This document shows positions 1 through 9,254 of a stretch of DNA of 24,000 nucleotides, piece by piece. The stretch comes from Candidatus Caldarchaeum sp. (lineage in GTDB: Archaea > Thermoproteota > Nitrososphaeria_A > Caldarchaeales > Caldarchaeaceae). The notes under the pieces are model-generated. The model saw nothing but the letters and a program-made list of their open reading frames with translations, had not been told where the DNA came from and did not search any database. The first letter of the stretch is position 1. Every line of letters starts with the position of its first letter. The DNA lies in contig JAWBKB010000013.1 in the NCBI GenBank assembly GCA_038831915.1, forward strand, positions 1 through 24,000, given 5' to 3'. A program made the position numbers and the translations under genes.

Positions 1-117
1 CTTCCCAACATACAGGCCTAAGGTATCAGAGAAGTGGATAAGGTCATGGATGACCTTAAGTTGACAGTCCCTGATGCACCACATGCTATGTTTAAATGAT
101 GCTGGGGTTCACGTGAT

Positions 118-987
118 GTGATTCACGGGAAGATGGGGTCTAAAGTCGTTGTCGAAATAGCGTTTGACACTCCGAGGCTGGAGGAGAAGCTTTTGGCCAA
201 AGCATTCGCCGCCAAAGGCGTAGAGCTGAGGCTGACCAACGTTCGTCAACATGTATTTGGTCTTCAGAAACCAGCCATCGATGTTTCGGTTGTGAGATGT
301 GTGTCGCTGTACAGCGCCATACACGTTGCCGCATTGAGGGAGGCGACTTCGACGAAAGCGATCAACTCTTCTCAGGCCATCGTATATGCAGGTGACAAGA
401 TTTTGACGGTCTCACGTCTAAAGGCTGCGAAACTTCCTGTTCCAAGGACCGCCGTTGCCTTAAACGGCGCCGCAGCCGAGAAAGCCTTGCAGAAGGTCGG
501 TCTTCCAGCTGTGGACAAGCCTCCCATCGGAAGCTGGGGAAGACTGGTCGCGCTGATTAAAGATGTAGACGATTTCAAGCTCGTGGCTGAACACCGTGAA
601 ATGCTGCCCAGCAGCTACATGAAAAGCCATCTAATCCAGGAATATATCGAACTTCCAAACAGAGACATTCGAACGTTCGTAGTCGGCGACGAGGTAGTCG
701 CAGCGATGTACCGTTACCGTGGTGCTGGAGATTGGCGGACGAACGTTGCATTGGGCGGCGAACCGGTTCAAGCTTTTCTCAACGACGAGCTCGTTGAAAT
801 GAGTTTGAAAGCGGCGAAATCCATGGGTGGAGAAATTGTGAGTATAGACCTTTTCGAAACAACTGACGGTAGTTACTTGGTTAATGAAGTCAACGGTGTG
901 CCAGAGTTCAAGGGACTGATGAAGGCGACGGGAATTGACATTCCCGCGAAAATCGCGGAATATGTCGTCGGGGTTATGAAGAGATAA
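118..987 (+). CDS. lysX: ATP-grasp ligase, LysX/ArgX/RimK family (alpha-aminoadipate--LysW ligase-like)
   Basis: 289-aa ORF that aligns by eye along its whole length to LysX-type ATP-grasp enzymes. Matching segments include ...DKPPIGSWGRLVALI..., IQEYIE.PNRDIRTFVVGDEVVAAMYR, WRTNVALGG, IVSIDLFET..GSYLVNEVNGVPEFKG. TTTAAA at 91-96 lies about 25 nt upstream of ATG 118. An alternative start is ATG 133. No lysW-like ORF lies upstream. Confidence 0.75.
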   Translation: MIHGKMGSKVVVEIAFDTPRLEEKLLAKAFAAKGVELRLTNVRQHVFGLQKPAIDVSVVRCVSLYSAIHVAALREATSTKAINSSQAIVYAGDKILTVSRLKAAKLPVPRTAVALNGAAAEKALQKVGLPAVDKPPIGSWGRLVALIKDVDDFKLVAEHREMLPSSYMKSHLIQEYIELPNRDIRTFVVGDEVVAAMYRYRGAGDWRTNVALGGEPVQAFLNDELVEMSLKAAKSMGGEIVSIDLFETTDGSYLVNEVNGVPEFKGLMKATGIDIPAKIAEYVVGVMKR

Positions 988-1462
988 TTTTACTCAAACA
1001 CCTGTGGCACGGCTTTTCACCTTTCGAATCTACCTCGTATACCGAATTGCTAAAATTCATCACGCAGCCTTGAGTGCTGCAATGCCGTAGCCCCAGTAAA
1101 TGGCCGACCTCGTGAACCGCTTCTTTCACAGCTCTTTCACGAGTTAAAGATTCGTCGCGGCTTCTCAGCCTGTAAATCGACACGATGGCTCCACGTCCGG
1201 GTGCGTATCCGAAAACAAAATTAAGGCCTGGCACGTACAAATCTTTGTCAGTGATTATCAGCTCATAGCCTTCCTTCGGCTTGACATAGTTCATCAAAAT
1301 TGATACGTCGTATTGCCGACGTGCAGGATTGTATGCCTTCTCCATTTCAGTCAAAAATGTTTCTTGAACGGTTGTCTGTAACCGGTAGATTTCCTGTATT
1401 TTTTCCGCTACCGCGGCAGCAATTGATTTGTCCGAGGTTGTGTTTAAAACCTTTAAACGCAC
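974..1462 (-). CDS. amzA: Archaemetzincin (zinc metalloprotease AmzA)
   Basis: 162-aa ORF carrying the complete archaemetzincin signature HEVGHLLGLRHCSTQGCVMNFSNSVYEVDSKGEKPCHRC (HExxHxxGxxH plus a CxxxxC...CxxC second metal site). GTG start at 1462. The 3' end overlaps lysX by 14 nt. Confidence 0.88.
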   Translation of the reverse strand: MRLKVLNTTSDKSIAAAVAEKIQEIYRLQTTVQETFLTEMEKAYNPARRQYDVSILMNYVKPKEGYELIITDKDLYVPGLNFVFGYAPGRGAIVSIYRLRSRDESLTRERAVKEAVHEVGHLLGLRHCSTQGCVMNFSNSVYEVDSKGEKPCHRCLSKIISS

Positions 1463-1484
1463 CGCAACACCTTAGAGGGAATAC

Positions 1485-2057
1485 GTGATTATATGGATAA
1501 CTGGCACACCCGGAGTTGGGAAAACCACCATCGGCAAAAAGATTGCGAAGCTCTACCGCTACAGGTGCATCGACCTGCCTGAATTCGTGACACAAACAGG
1601 GGTTGGCGAAGTTAAGCCCGATGGTATAGTTGTTGACGTTAGAAAGCTTCGTGGAACACTTGCACGTATGGTTGAAGATGACACGGTCTTCAGCGGTCAC
1701 ATCGTGGTCAAGCTACCGGGCCGAAGACAGAAATGCATAGTTTTGAGGTGCAACCCGTTAAAGCTGGCCAATAGGTTGAGGCGTAGGGGATATAGTTCGG
1801 AGAAGGTGGTCGAAAATGTTGAGGCCGAGTTCGTCGGTGTAGTTTATTTGGACGCGGTTAAACAGTTTGGACATAGAAACGTGTTTCAAGTGGACGTCAC
1901 GAAAAAAACTGTTTCGGAAACTGTTCGGTACTGCAGAGAAATTTTGGACGGTAAAGTAGTTGGAGACAAGGTCGACTGGCTTACAGACTTGGACGAGAAA
2001 GAGCTTGACCAGGTGTTAAGCCTGCTTGCTCGACCTATTTCCCGCCAAATGTTATAG
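1485..2057 (+). CDS. fap7: Fap7/AK6-type adenylate kinase-like NTPase (small-subunit rRNA maturation factor)
   Basis: 190-aa ORF with a P-loop at the extreme N-terminus (MIIWITGTPGVGKTT). It also has LRCNPLKLANRLRRRGYSSEKVVENVEAEF and a C-terminal VDW, all typical of archaeal Fap7. GTG start. TTTAAAC at 1453-1459 lies about 27 nt upstream. Confidence 0.8.
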   Translation: MIIWITGTPGVGKTTIGKKIAKLYRYRCIDLPEFVTQTGVGEVKPDGIVVDVRKLRGTLARMVEDDTVFSGHIVVKLPGRRQKCIVLRCNPLKLANRLRRRGYSSEKVVENVEAEFVGVVYLDAVKQFGHRNVFQVDVTKKTVSETVRYCREILDGKVVGDKVDWLTDLDEKELDQVLSLLARPISRQML

Positions 2058-2128
2058 ATTTTTATGGTACGGTTCGTCGTTTGTGGTTGGTACGTGTTGC
2101 TGATTTTCTGACCAATTAGGTGTCTGAA

Positions 2129-3919
2129 ATGGTGTCTGACCACCGTGTAGCAGTTCTTGATCGAGACCTCTGTGATTCAAGGAAATGCGGTAACTGGCCT
2201 TGTATAACCTACTGCCCGCCAGTGAGGAACAACATAGAAGCCATTAAAATGGGTGAAGATGGCTTCCCCATTATCAGCGAAACTCTCTGCATCAGCTGTG
2301 GAATATGTGTGAAAAAATGCCCGTTTGAGGCCATCACGATCATAAATCTACCCACGGAGTTAAAAGAACATGTTGCACATCATTATGGCGTCAACAAGTT
2401 TAAGCTCTTCAGACTACCGTATCCTGAGGCAGGCAAAGTAGTTGGACTGATTGGAAAAAACGGTATTGGGAAATCAACCGCGCTGAAAATAATCGCAGGC
2501 CAGCTCATCCCTAATTTCGGCAATCTCGAAAGACCCGTGACATGGGAAGAAGCTTCAAGGTTTTTCAGAGGATCGCTTGTTCAAGAACATTTGCGTAGCA
2601 TCGCTAAAGGGGAGGCGAAAATCTCCTACAAGCCTCAGAACATTGCGGACATTCCTAAAGTCGTGCGCGGCAAAGTCAAGGAAATTCTTCTACGCATCGG
2701 TGATGAAAAAATCGTTGAACATGTAATGGAGAAGCTTGAATTAACGAAGTTGGCTGACCGTGATGTCGGTGTTTTGAGTGGCGGCGAGCTGCAGCGCCTT
2801 GCTGTGGCAGCATGTATCCTACGGAAAGCAAACGTCTACGTTCTAGACGAGCCATCAAGCTATCTCGACATCCGCCAAAGGATGAGGATGGTCGAAGCGG
2901 TTAGGGAAGTCGCGAACAAATCGGTTAAAATCGTGGTCGCCGATCACGACCTGGCGGTTCTCGACTATTTTTCCGACGTGATTTTCCTGTTCTACGGCGA
3001 ACCATCGGTGTACGGGGTGGTCGCAGGACCATATGGAGTACGTGAAGGAATCAACATCTTCGTCGAAGGATACATCCCTGACGAAAACATGAGGTTTAGG
3101 CCTGAGAAAATCGATTTTCAGGTAAAGCCTCCGACGCGTGAAGTCGAGCCGTCTGCGGAACGGCTACGCTGGCCTTCGTTTACCAAAACCTTCGAAGGGT
3201 TTAGGCTAGAGGTTTCAGAAGGCTGGGTGGCTCGAGGCGAAGTGCTGGGAATTCTAGGCCCCAACGGCATAGGAAAAACAACGTTCGCATCAATAATCGC
3301 CGGACAAATGTCGACCGACCAAGGCTATTCCTTCGACCCCAAAGCCGTTAGCTACAAGCCCCAGTATCCGATCGCCGAAGACATAGCTGTTGAACAGTTT
3401 TTGAGAAACGCGGCTGGGGACGACTTTGACACGGCTCTATATCAATCAACAATCCTGCGTCCCTTCGGCTTGGAAAAACTTTTAGATAAAAACATGACGG
3501 AGCTCAGTGGCGGAGAGCTGCAAAAAGTAGTTGTAGCCGGATGTTTGAGTAAAAAAGCCGACATCTACATTTTGGACGAGCCGAGCGCGTTTCTCGACGT
3601 CGAAGAAAGATACCACATGGCTAAGATTTTGAAAAGGCTTGCCCTGGACGCGAAAGTATACGTTCTATTGGTTGAACATGACTTCACCGTTCTTGACTTT
3701 GCTTCTTCGGCGTTGATGGTTTTTGACGGTGAGCCCGGTGTCCGTGGATATGCTAATCCCCCCATAGACCTCCGGAAGGGTTTCAACATCTTTCTAGCAC
3801 AGATGGGTGTTACGTTTCGACGTGACCATGCGACCAAACGGCCCCGGATAAACAAAAAAGATTCCCAGCTTGACCGGATGCAGAAACAGCTGGGCGAATA
3901 TTATTATATTTCAACATAA
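2129..3919 (+). CDS. ABCE1: ABCE1 / RNase L inhibitor homologue (ribosome recycling ATPase, 2x[4Fe-4S] + twin ABC domains)
   Basis: The N-terminal region has Cys clusters (CDSRKCGNWPCITYCP, CISCGICVKKCP). Two Walker A motifs (GKNGIGKST, GPNGIGKTT) and two LSGGELQ signature motifs follow. The track ORF starts at GTG 2120. ATG 2129 is preferred because the SD-like AGGTG (2118-2122) sits 6 nt upstream. Confidence 0.95.
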   Translation: MVSDHRVAVLDRDLCDSRKCGNWPCITYCPPVRNNIEAIKMGEDGFPIISETLCISCGICVKKCPFEAITIINLPTELKEHVAHHYGVNKFKLFRLPYPEAGKVVGLIGKNGIGKSTALKIIAGQLIPNFGNLERPVTWEEASRFFRGSLVQEHLRSIAKGEAKISYKPQNIADIPKVVRGKVKEILLRIGDEKIVEHVMEKLELTKLADRDVGVLSGGELQRLAVAACILRKANVYVLDEPSSYLDIRQRMRMVEAVREVANKSVKIVVADHDLAVLDYFSDVIFLFYGEPSVYGVVAGPYGVREGINIFVEGYIPDENMRFRPEKIDFQVKPPTREVEPSAERLRWPSFTKTFEGFRLEVSEGWVARGEVLGILGPNGIGKTTFASIIAGQMSTDQGYSFDPKAVSYKPQYPIAEDIAVEQFLRNAAGDDFDTALYQSTILRPFGLEKLLDKNMTELSGGELQKVVVAGCLSKKADIYILDEPSAFLDVEERYHMAKILKRLALDAKVYVLLVEHDFTVLDFASSALMVFDGEPGVRGYANPPIDLRKGFNIFLAQMGVTFRRDHATKRPRINKKDSQLDRMQKQLGEYYYIST

Positions 3920-3958
3920 ATTTTGGAAGATGTGAAAGATTCGCTACCTCGGGCAAAG

Positions 3959-3966
3959 TTTTATAC
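3959..3966 (+). promoter_or_regulatory. TATA box (TTTTATAC) with purine-rich BRE-like GGGCAAAG upstream; cdc48 promoter, near-leaderless mRNA
   Basis: The AT-rich octamer is centred about 30 nt upstream of ATG 3993. No SD-like motif lies between. The same spacing recurs at other genes in the window. Confidence 0.5.
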
Positions 3967-3992
3967 CTACCGTAGCGAACGCTGAATAGGTC

Positions 3993-6176
3993 ATGTCTTC
4001 ATCAACTCAACCGGGTAAAAAGAAAGAGCTTAGCCTGCGTGTGGCGGAAGCCCGTCAGAGGGACATCGGACGTAAGATAGCGAGAGTTGATAGCATGGGG
4101 ATGAAAGAGCTTGAACTCAGTCCGGGCGACCTCATCGAAATTTCGGGTAGAAGGACTACGGTCGCGATTGTCTGGCCTCCCTACAAAGAGGACGACGGTC
4201 AGGGAATTATTCGAATTGACGGGGAAATTCGCCGCAACTCCGGCGTCAGCGTCGGAGAATATGTTAGGGTCAGCAAAACAACCGCAAAACCTGCGACGAA
4301 GATTGTTCTCGCTCCCTTCGAACCGCTTCCTTTCGTCGGTGACTTTGGGAGAATAGTTAGAAGCCAGCTGCTCAACATGCCAGTGGCGAAAGGAGACATC
4401 ATCGTCGTCCCGGTTCTCGGCATGGGTGTTGAGCTTAAAGTCAGTTCGACAAGCCCATCTCCAATAGTCATGGTTACTGAAAGCACGGTTGTCGAAATAA
4501 GCACGACCACCGCGAAAAGAATTGAAGAGGTTTCAGGAGTAACGTATGAAGATATTGGCGGTCTTCATGAAGAACTCCAGCGCATTCGTGAAATGATAGA
4601 GCTACCGCTCAAACATCCCGAGCTGTTCAGACATCTTGGAATAGAGCCTCCGAAAGGCGTGATTCTTTACGGTCCGCCCGGCACCGGTAAAACGCTTATC
4701 GCCAAAGCCATAGCGAATGAAACCGGGGCGCATTTTGTCTCGATAAACGGTCCAGAAATCATGAGTAAATTCTACGGTGAATCTGAAGCAAGGCTGAGAG
4801 AAGTTTTTCAGGAAGCCGAGCAAAACGCGCCATCGATTGTTTTCATCGATGAGCTTGACGCCATCGCTCCTAAACGAGGAGAAGTAACGGGCGAAGTAGA
4901 GCGAAGGGTCGTTTCACAGCTGTTAACGTTGATGGATGGATTGAAAAGCCGCGGACAAGTCATCGTCATCGGAGCCACAAACAGAATTGAGGCAATAGAC
5001 CCTGCTTTGAGACGGCCTGGCAGGTTTGACCGCGAAATTCGAATAGGCGTCCCAGACCGCAACGGCAGGAAAGAAATCCTTCTGATACACACGCGTCGCA
5101 TGCCTTTAGCCGAAGATGTCAACATCGATGAATTAGCCGATATAACTCATGGTTTTGTCGGAGCCGACATTGCAGCCTTGACACGTGAGGCGGCTATGAA
5201 CGCGCTCCGCCGCTTCCTGCCGCAAATCGATTTGGAGAAAGAAGTCATTCCTGCGGAAGTCTTGGAGAAGATTAAGGTTACCCGAGAGGATTTCGCCAAC
5301 GCGTTGCGGACTATTCAGCCATCAGCTCTACGTGAAGTGGTTCTCGAAGTGCCGAATGTTAAGTGGGAGGACATCGGCGGGCTCGAAGCCGTGAAACAGG
5401 AGCTTCGGGAAGCGGTCGAATGGCCTCTCAAATATCCAGAAGTGTTTAAACGTCTGGGTATCAGGCCTCCACGCGGCATTTTGCTCTACGGGCCTCCTGG
5501 AACCGGTAAAACGCTGCTCGCGAAAGCTGTTGCGACCGAAAGCCAGGCCAACTTCATCAGCGTCAAAGGCCCCGAAGTTCTGTCGAAATGGGTGGGTGAG
5601 TCGGAGAAAGCCGTTCGGGAAATTTTCCGCAAAGCACGTGAAACAGCTCCCTGCATCATCTTCTTCGACGAACTTGACTCCATCGCACCACGGAGGGGAA
5701 TTCACACAGATGCCGGCGTGACAGACCGCATAGTCAACCAGCTACTCACTGAGATGGACGGTATGCAGTCTTTGAAAGGCGTTGTCGTCATGGGGGCGAC
5801 AAACCGGCCAGACATCCTCGACCCAGCGCTTCTGAGACCAGGTAGGTTTGACAGAGTGCTTTACGTGCCGCCGCCTGATAAAGCCGCACGCCTCGCCATA
5901 TTTAAGATTCACACACGTGAAATGCCGCTTGACAAAGACGTCGACCTAGAGCAACTTGCCGCCATAACGGAGGGATACACGGGCGCAGACATCGAAGCAG
6001 TTGTAAGAGAGGCTGCAATACTTGCTGCGAGGGAAAACATCAGCGCCCAAGTGGTTTCGCTCCGGCATTTCGAAAAAGCCTTGGCTAAGATAAAGCCCAG
6101 CGTGGGAGCTGAGGAGAAAGCCGAATACGACCGAATCGTCAGCAACTTCAAGAAATCCATGGCATACATCGGCTGA
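3993..6176 (+). CDS. cdc48: CDC48/VCP/VAT-type AAA+ ATPase (N domain + D1 + D2)
   Basis: 727 aa. It has a CDC48 N-domain (LRVAEA...ARVD...L.LSPGD.IEI), two Walker A motifs (GPPGTGKTL twice), two Walker B motifs ([16 protein letters not shown]) and second-region-of-homology motifs. Confidence 0.95.
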   Translation: MSSSTQPGKKKELSLRVAEARQRDIGRKIARVDSMGMKELELSPGDLIEISGRRTTVAIVWPPYKEDDGQGIIRIDGEIRRNSGVSVGEYVRVSKTTAKPATKIVLAPFEPLPFVGDFGRIVRSQLLNMPVAKGDIIVVPVLGMGVELKVSSTSPSPIVMVTESTVVEISTTTAKRIEEVSGVTYEDIGGLHEELQRIREMIELPLKHPELFRHLGIEPPKGVILYGPPGTGKTLIAKAIANETGAHFVSINGPEIMSKFYGESEARLREVFQEAEQNAPSIVFIDELDAIAPKRGEVTGEVERRVVSQLLTLMDGLKSRGQVIVIGATNRIEAIDPALRRPGRFDREIRIGVPDRNGRKEILLIHTRRMPLAEDVNIDELADITHGFVGADIAALTREAAMNALRRFLPQIDLEKEVIPAEVLEKIKVTREDFANALRTIQPSALREVVLEVPNVKWEDIGGLEAVKQELREAVEWPLKYPEVFKRLGIRPPRGILLYGPPGTGKTLLAKAVATESQANFISVKGPEVLSKWVGESEKAVREIFRKARETAPCIIFFDELDSIAPRRGIHTDAGVTDRIVNQLLTEMDGMQSLKGVVVMGATNRPDILDPALLRPGRFDRVLYVPPPDKAARLAIFKIHTREMPLDKDVDLEQLAAITEGYTGADIEAVVREAAILAARENISAQVVSLRHFEKALAKIKPSVGAEEKAEYDRIVSNFKKSMAYIG

Positions 6177-6284
6177 CAGCATCCCCACATATATTCAAGG
6201 TATTTCTCACGTAATCTTCTACGTCTCCTGTGATGTCAAGCGATAAATACATCGAGGCGAGGCCGTGGAATCGAGGTAAGAAAA

Positions 6285-6905
6285 ATGCGAGTTCCGTGGA
6301 AAAGAGAACCGGTTCAAGCGCCTGCGGTAGTAGCTCCCGTCAACTACCAAGACCGGATGCTGGAAATATTGACACAGCTGAAGATACAGAACGAAAAGCT
6401 GAATAGAACCATCGAACGTCTAAAGCACCGCGGCAAAGAACTTTTCGAGCAATGCGTTCGCGCTGAGCAGGAAAAAGATACTGCTAGAGCAACGATTTAC
6501 GCCAACGAAATTGCTCAGCTGAGAAAAATGACGAGAACGCTTCTGGCCAGCCACATGTCACTCGATAAAGTCGTGTTGCGTCTCGAGACAGTTAAAGAAT
6601 TCGGCGATGTAATGCATGTGCTCGGCCCTGCTACTCAGATCATCAAGCAGGTTCAGCACGAAATTTCCGGCATCGTTCCCGAAGTAGCTCACAGCCTACG
6701 AAGAGTTGACGAAATGCTGGAAAGCATCATCATCGAAGCGGGCAACGTCACGGGTGGAAGCGTCTACGTCTCGGTAAGCGACCCCGAAGCCCAGAAAATC
6801 ATGGAGGAAGCCGCTGAAGTCGCCGCTCAACGGATGAAAACAAACTTCCCCGAACTACCAGAGACATACCAACATCTCGAACCCGCCGCGAACAAAGCCG
6901 ACTAA
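6285..6905 (+). CDS. cdvB: ESCRT-III / Snf7-family protein (CdvB-like)
   Basis: 206 aa. The N-terminal half is basic and coiled-coil. The core YANEIAQLRKMTRTLLASHMSLDKVVLRLETVKEFGDVMHVLGPATQIIKQV resembles the alpha2-alpha3 region of CHMP/Did2/CdvB proteins. The C-terminus is acidic and ends in the proline motif FPELPETYQHLEP. Recognised by eye only. Confidence 0.65.
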   Translation: MRVPWKREPVQAPAVVAPVNYQDRMLEILTQLKIQNEKLNRTIERLKHRGKELFEQCVRAEQEKDTARATIYANEIAQLRKMTRTLLASHMSLDKVVLRLETVKEFGDVMHVLGPATQIIKQVQHEISGIVPEVAHSLRRVDEMLESIIIEAGNVTGGSVYVSVSDPEAQKIMEEAAEVAAQRMKTNFPELPETYQHLEPAANKAD

Positions 6906-7804
6906 ACAATTTTTTCCACCATAATTTTTTTGAACGAATCAGGCGGAGCAGATCCTCTGAAAGTTTCTGGATGAATTATTTCGCCGAGTATTAATGCTGC
7001 ATCGCCGATGCGCGGCCCGTGACGGCTGAAATATGGTTCAGCATCAACCGCGTAAATTTCGTCACGAACATATGCTTCAAGGGTTTTCAGCATCGGTTGT
7101 TTCACAAATTGGGAAAGCTCTTTCATGACTTTGTCCAACACGTATCCGCAAGGCCCAGCGATTATTTTTGACGGCTGGAAGAGCGCGAGCTCATCAAAGG
7201 TTATTCTGCGCGAATGGCTGCCTTTGACACCGATGTCGACGCCGCCAGCTATTTCGACAAGCTCGGGAACCCAGTGCCCGCTACAAAACAGCGGAAACAA
7301 CCATTCAAGAAACGCGGATTTGATTTTGTATAACCCCTCGGCTCGCGTCCTAACGAAGTCAATTCTCTCCTTGATTTTTCCCAACAGTTCACGTGCTTCG
7401 TTCAGTCTTCCAACGAATTTTCCAATCACCAAAATGTCTTCGAGAATTTCATCGACGCTTTTGGGATGAACCCCGATGACAGGAGCTATTCCATGCAAAC
7501 TAATAGACACTCGGCTTGACGTTATCGCGCAGACATCGCAAACATCCTGCGCAAAGACAACGTCAGGCCTCAAAGATTTAATCCGTTCAACATCGAGACT
7601 GTAAAGACTTTCGCCCCGTCGGCTGGCTTCCGATACGCGTCTGTCTATTTCGTCGGAAGGAAGATCTTCAGTGTTGATGACGGGCTTTACAACGACTGGT
7701 TTGGACTTCAATGAGCAGGCGTAATTCACCGCGATTATCTCATCAACGGCTCCAAGCTCGACGAGAATGTCGGTCACGCTTGGAACCAGTGAAACAACAC
7801 GCAC
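6902..7804 (-). CDS. Class III periplasmic-binding-protein fold (BtuF/TroA-like cobalamin or metal-chelate binding protein), no signal peptide
   Basis: 300 aa. It begins directly with the first beta-strand motif of BtuF-like proteins (RVVSLVPSVTDILVELG). Later it has DVVFAQDVCDVCA and EWLFPLFCSGHWVPELVEIAGG. GTG start. AAGATAAAA on the minus strand lies about 25 nt upstream. Confidence 0.65.
   Translation of the reverse strand: MRVVSLVPSVTDILVELGAVDEIIAVNYACSLKSKPVVVKPVINTEDLPSDEIDRRVSEASRRGESLYSLDVERIKSLRPDVVFAQDVCDVCAITSSRVSISLHGIAPVIGVHPKSVDEILEDILVIGKFVGRLNEARELLGKIKERIDFVRTRAEGLYKIKSAFLEWLFPLFCSGHWVPELVEIAGGVDIGVKGSHSRRITFDELALFQPSKIIAGPCGYVLDKVMKELSQFVKQPMLKTLEAYVRDEIYAVDAEPYFSRHGPRIGDAALILGEIIHPETFRGSAPPDSFKKIMVEKIV
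6910..6931 (+). terminator. Two oligo-T tracts (T6 at 6910-6915, T7 at 6925-6931), candidate archaeal terminator for cdvB
   Basis: The T-runs begin 5 nt after the cdvB stop codon. They lie inside the last codons (KKIMVEKIV) of the convergent gene. Confidence 0.4.
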
Positions 7805-7873
7805 GCTTTAGCGGCAAGCTTTGACGGTTTTATCTTTTTTGGAAAAGTGAAATAATGGCGTTGCTGGCATGGA

Positions 7874-8653
7874 GTGATGGATTTTTCTGAAGCTGTTCTG
7901 CTCGGTGTTTTGCAGGGGATGGCTGAATGGCTACCTGTTAGCAGCGAAGGACTCGTATCTCTTGTTTCGAAGCTTTACTATGGCAGAAGCCTTGAAAGCG
8001 CTCTGGCTGCGGCGATATGGCTCCATGTCGGAACTTTTTTCTCCGCCTTGATTTACCTCCGCTCCGACATAGCTAAAATAATGACTGGGTTTCGGAAGCA
8101 AGGGGAGGAAAGAAGATTGTTGATTTTTCTGGTGGCGGCAACCGCTAGCTCGGCGTTGACAGCACTTCCCATCGTGTTTTTTCTCCGCGAACTGAGTATT
8201 GCAGACTGGCTTTTCACCGTTGCCGTCGGATTGCTTTTGCTATTAACGGGGTTGTTGCCGCGGAAAGCGCTGCGTACAAACTGGGTAGAAAGTGCCTCAC
8301 ATGGGTGGGTTATCGGGCTGGTTCAAGGGTTGTCAATCATCCCCGGGGTAAGCCGTTCAGGCGTAACCATCACTACTCTGCTTCTGCTCGGCGCCCCCAC
8401 TTACCATGCGTTTAGGCTGAGCTATCTGATGAGCATACCAGTGGTCGCTGGTGCACAAATACTGTTACCGCTTTTTTTCGGTGTGCAGGTCTTCACGTCT
8501 GAAATGCTGGTAGGAGCTGTTGCCGCCTTTGTCACTGGGTTTCTCATGATGAAAATGCTTTTGACGGCGAGCGCGAAACTCGACCACCGTGTTTTCATGA
8601 TACCACTCGGAGCGGCAATCTTTTTCATAGGAATTTTGATGGTTTTTCAGTAG
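7874..8653 (+). CDS. uppP: Undecaprenyl-diphosphatase (UppP/BacA)
   Basis: 259-aa polytopic membrane protein carrying both UppP signature motifs: GVLQGMAEWLPVSSEG and PGVSRSGVTITT. The start is GTG 7874 or ATG 7877. Confidence 0.85.
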   Translation: MMDFSEAVLLGVLQGMAEWLPVSSEGLVSLVSKLYYGRSLESALAAAIWLHVGTFFSALIYLRSDIAKIMTGFRKQGEERRLLIFLVAATASSALTALPIVFFLRELSIADWLFTVAVGLLLLLTGLLPRKALRTNWVESASHGWVIGLVQGLSIIPGVSRSGVTITTLLLLGAPTYHAFRLSYLMSIPVVAGAQILLPLFFGVQVFTSEMLVGAVAAFVTGFLMMKMLLTASAKLDHRVFMIPLGAAIFFIGILMVFQ

Positions 8654-9252
8654 CCCATTCTCGGCGGATAAAGACCACCGGTTTTCCGTCTTCGAGCATA
8701 TTCGTTAACCATGCGGTAGACCGCGCCGTGAGGAGCCCCTCTCACCAATGTGAGCAAAGCTTCTTCAGCCGCTCGAACATCCTCGAATTCTCCTATGATT
8801 GAAACGGTGTCACCGTAAACCGAAACGTCGACGTGACAAGTTTCTTCGATGATTTTCCTAGTTTTCCCCTGCGACCCAATCACACGAGCCTTAACTCTGG
8901 TCAGGTGGTTAATACTGTCGCCCACGTGTTCAGTTAAATCGATTACAGCTAAAACGTATCCGTCTCTCGTCAACTTCAATGCTTTTTCAGGTGGAAAACC
9001 TCTACCAATCGCTGTCACGATGTCTCTTGCCTTGAAGAGGGAGGTGGGGTCGCCTCCTTGCTCAACGGGTTTGGCGAGGTTGATTATGACCGTTCCTTCT
9101 TTACTGTCAACCATTAACTCCACGCCCAAAATTCGCTCTATTTCGGATTTTACTGAGCCGCCCTCTCCAATCAGAACTCCTATCCTCTCCTTTGGAATAT
9201 TCACAACGAACGACGACTGTGTAACGCCTTTAAACTGCGAAGGCCCGCTCAT
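8647..9252 (-). CDS. Tandem KH-domain RNA-binding protein (archaeal Dim2/Pno1-like)
   Basis: 201 aa with two KH GXXG cores (IGVLIGEGGSVKSEIE and ARVIGSQGKTRKIIEE). Its ATG lies 2 nt after the rio1 stop, matching the conserved archaeal rio1-KH pairing. Confidence 0.8.
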   Translation of the reverse strand: MSGPSQFKGVTQSSFVVNIPKERIGVLIGEGGSVKSEIERILGVELMVDSKEGTVIINLAKPVEQGGDPTSLFKARDIVTAIGRGFPPEKALKLTRDGYVLAVIDLTEHVGDSINHLTRVKARVIGSQGKTRKIIEETCHVDVSVYGDTVSIIGEFEDVRAAEEALLTLVRGAPHGAVYRMVNEYARRRKTGGLYPPRMGY

Positions 9253-9254
9253 TT

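Noticed and set aside
1-117. Possible lysW or another gene end upstream of lysX
   Set aside because: No frame ends in the LysW-type acidic ...EDWGE tail or contains its zinc-ribbon Cys pairs. Two short frames are open to the window edge (a + frame ending at 62-64 and a minus frame from ATG 84). At 21-28 codons neither is distinguishable from chance.
3941-3978. 7-bp inverted repeat TCGCTAC...GTAGCGA bracketing the cdc48 BRE/TATA, a possible operator
   Set aside because: The arms are short, and one such match in a spacer of about 70 nt is only marginally unexpected. No second copy occurs elsewhere in the window. I am not confident it is functional.
5328-5705. Long antisense ORFs inside well-supported genes (5328-5705 in cdc48, 13231-13638 in nrdJ, 15695-16162 in sufB, 21945-22376 and 22440-22856 in mtaD, 8849-9322 in the KH gene)
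   Set aside because: Their translations are low-complexity (Arg/Ser/Pro/Phe-rich) with no recognisable motifs. The opposite strand encodes full-length conserved proteins. They are best explained as shadow ORFs produced by codon bias.
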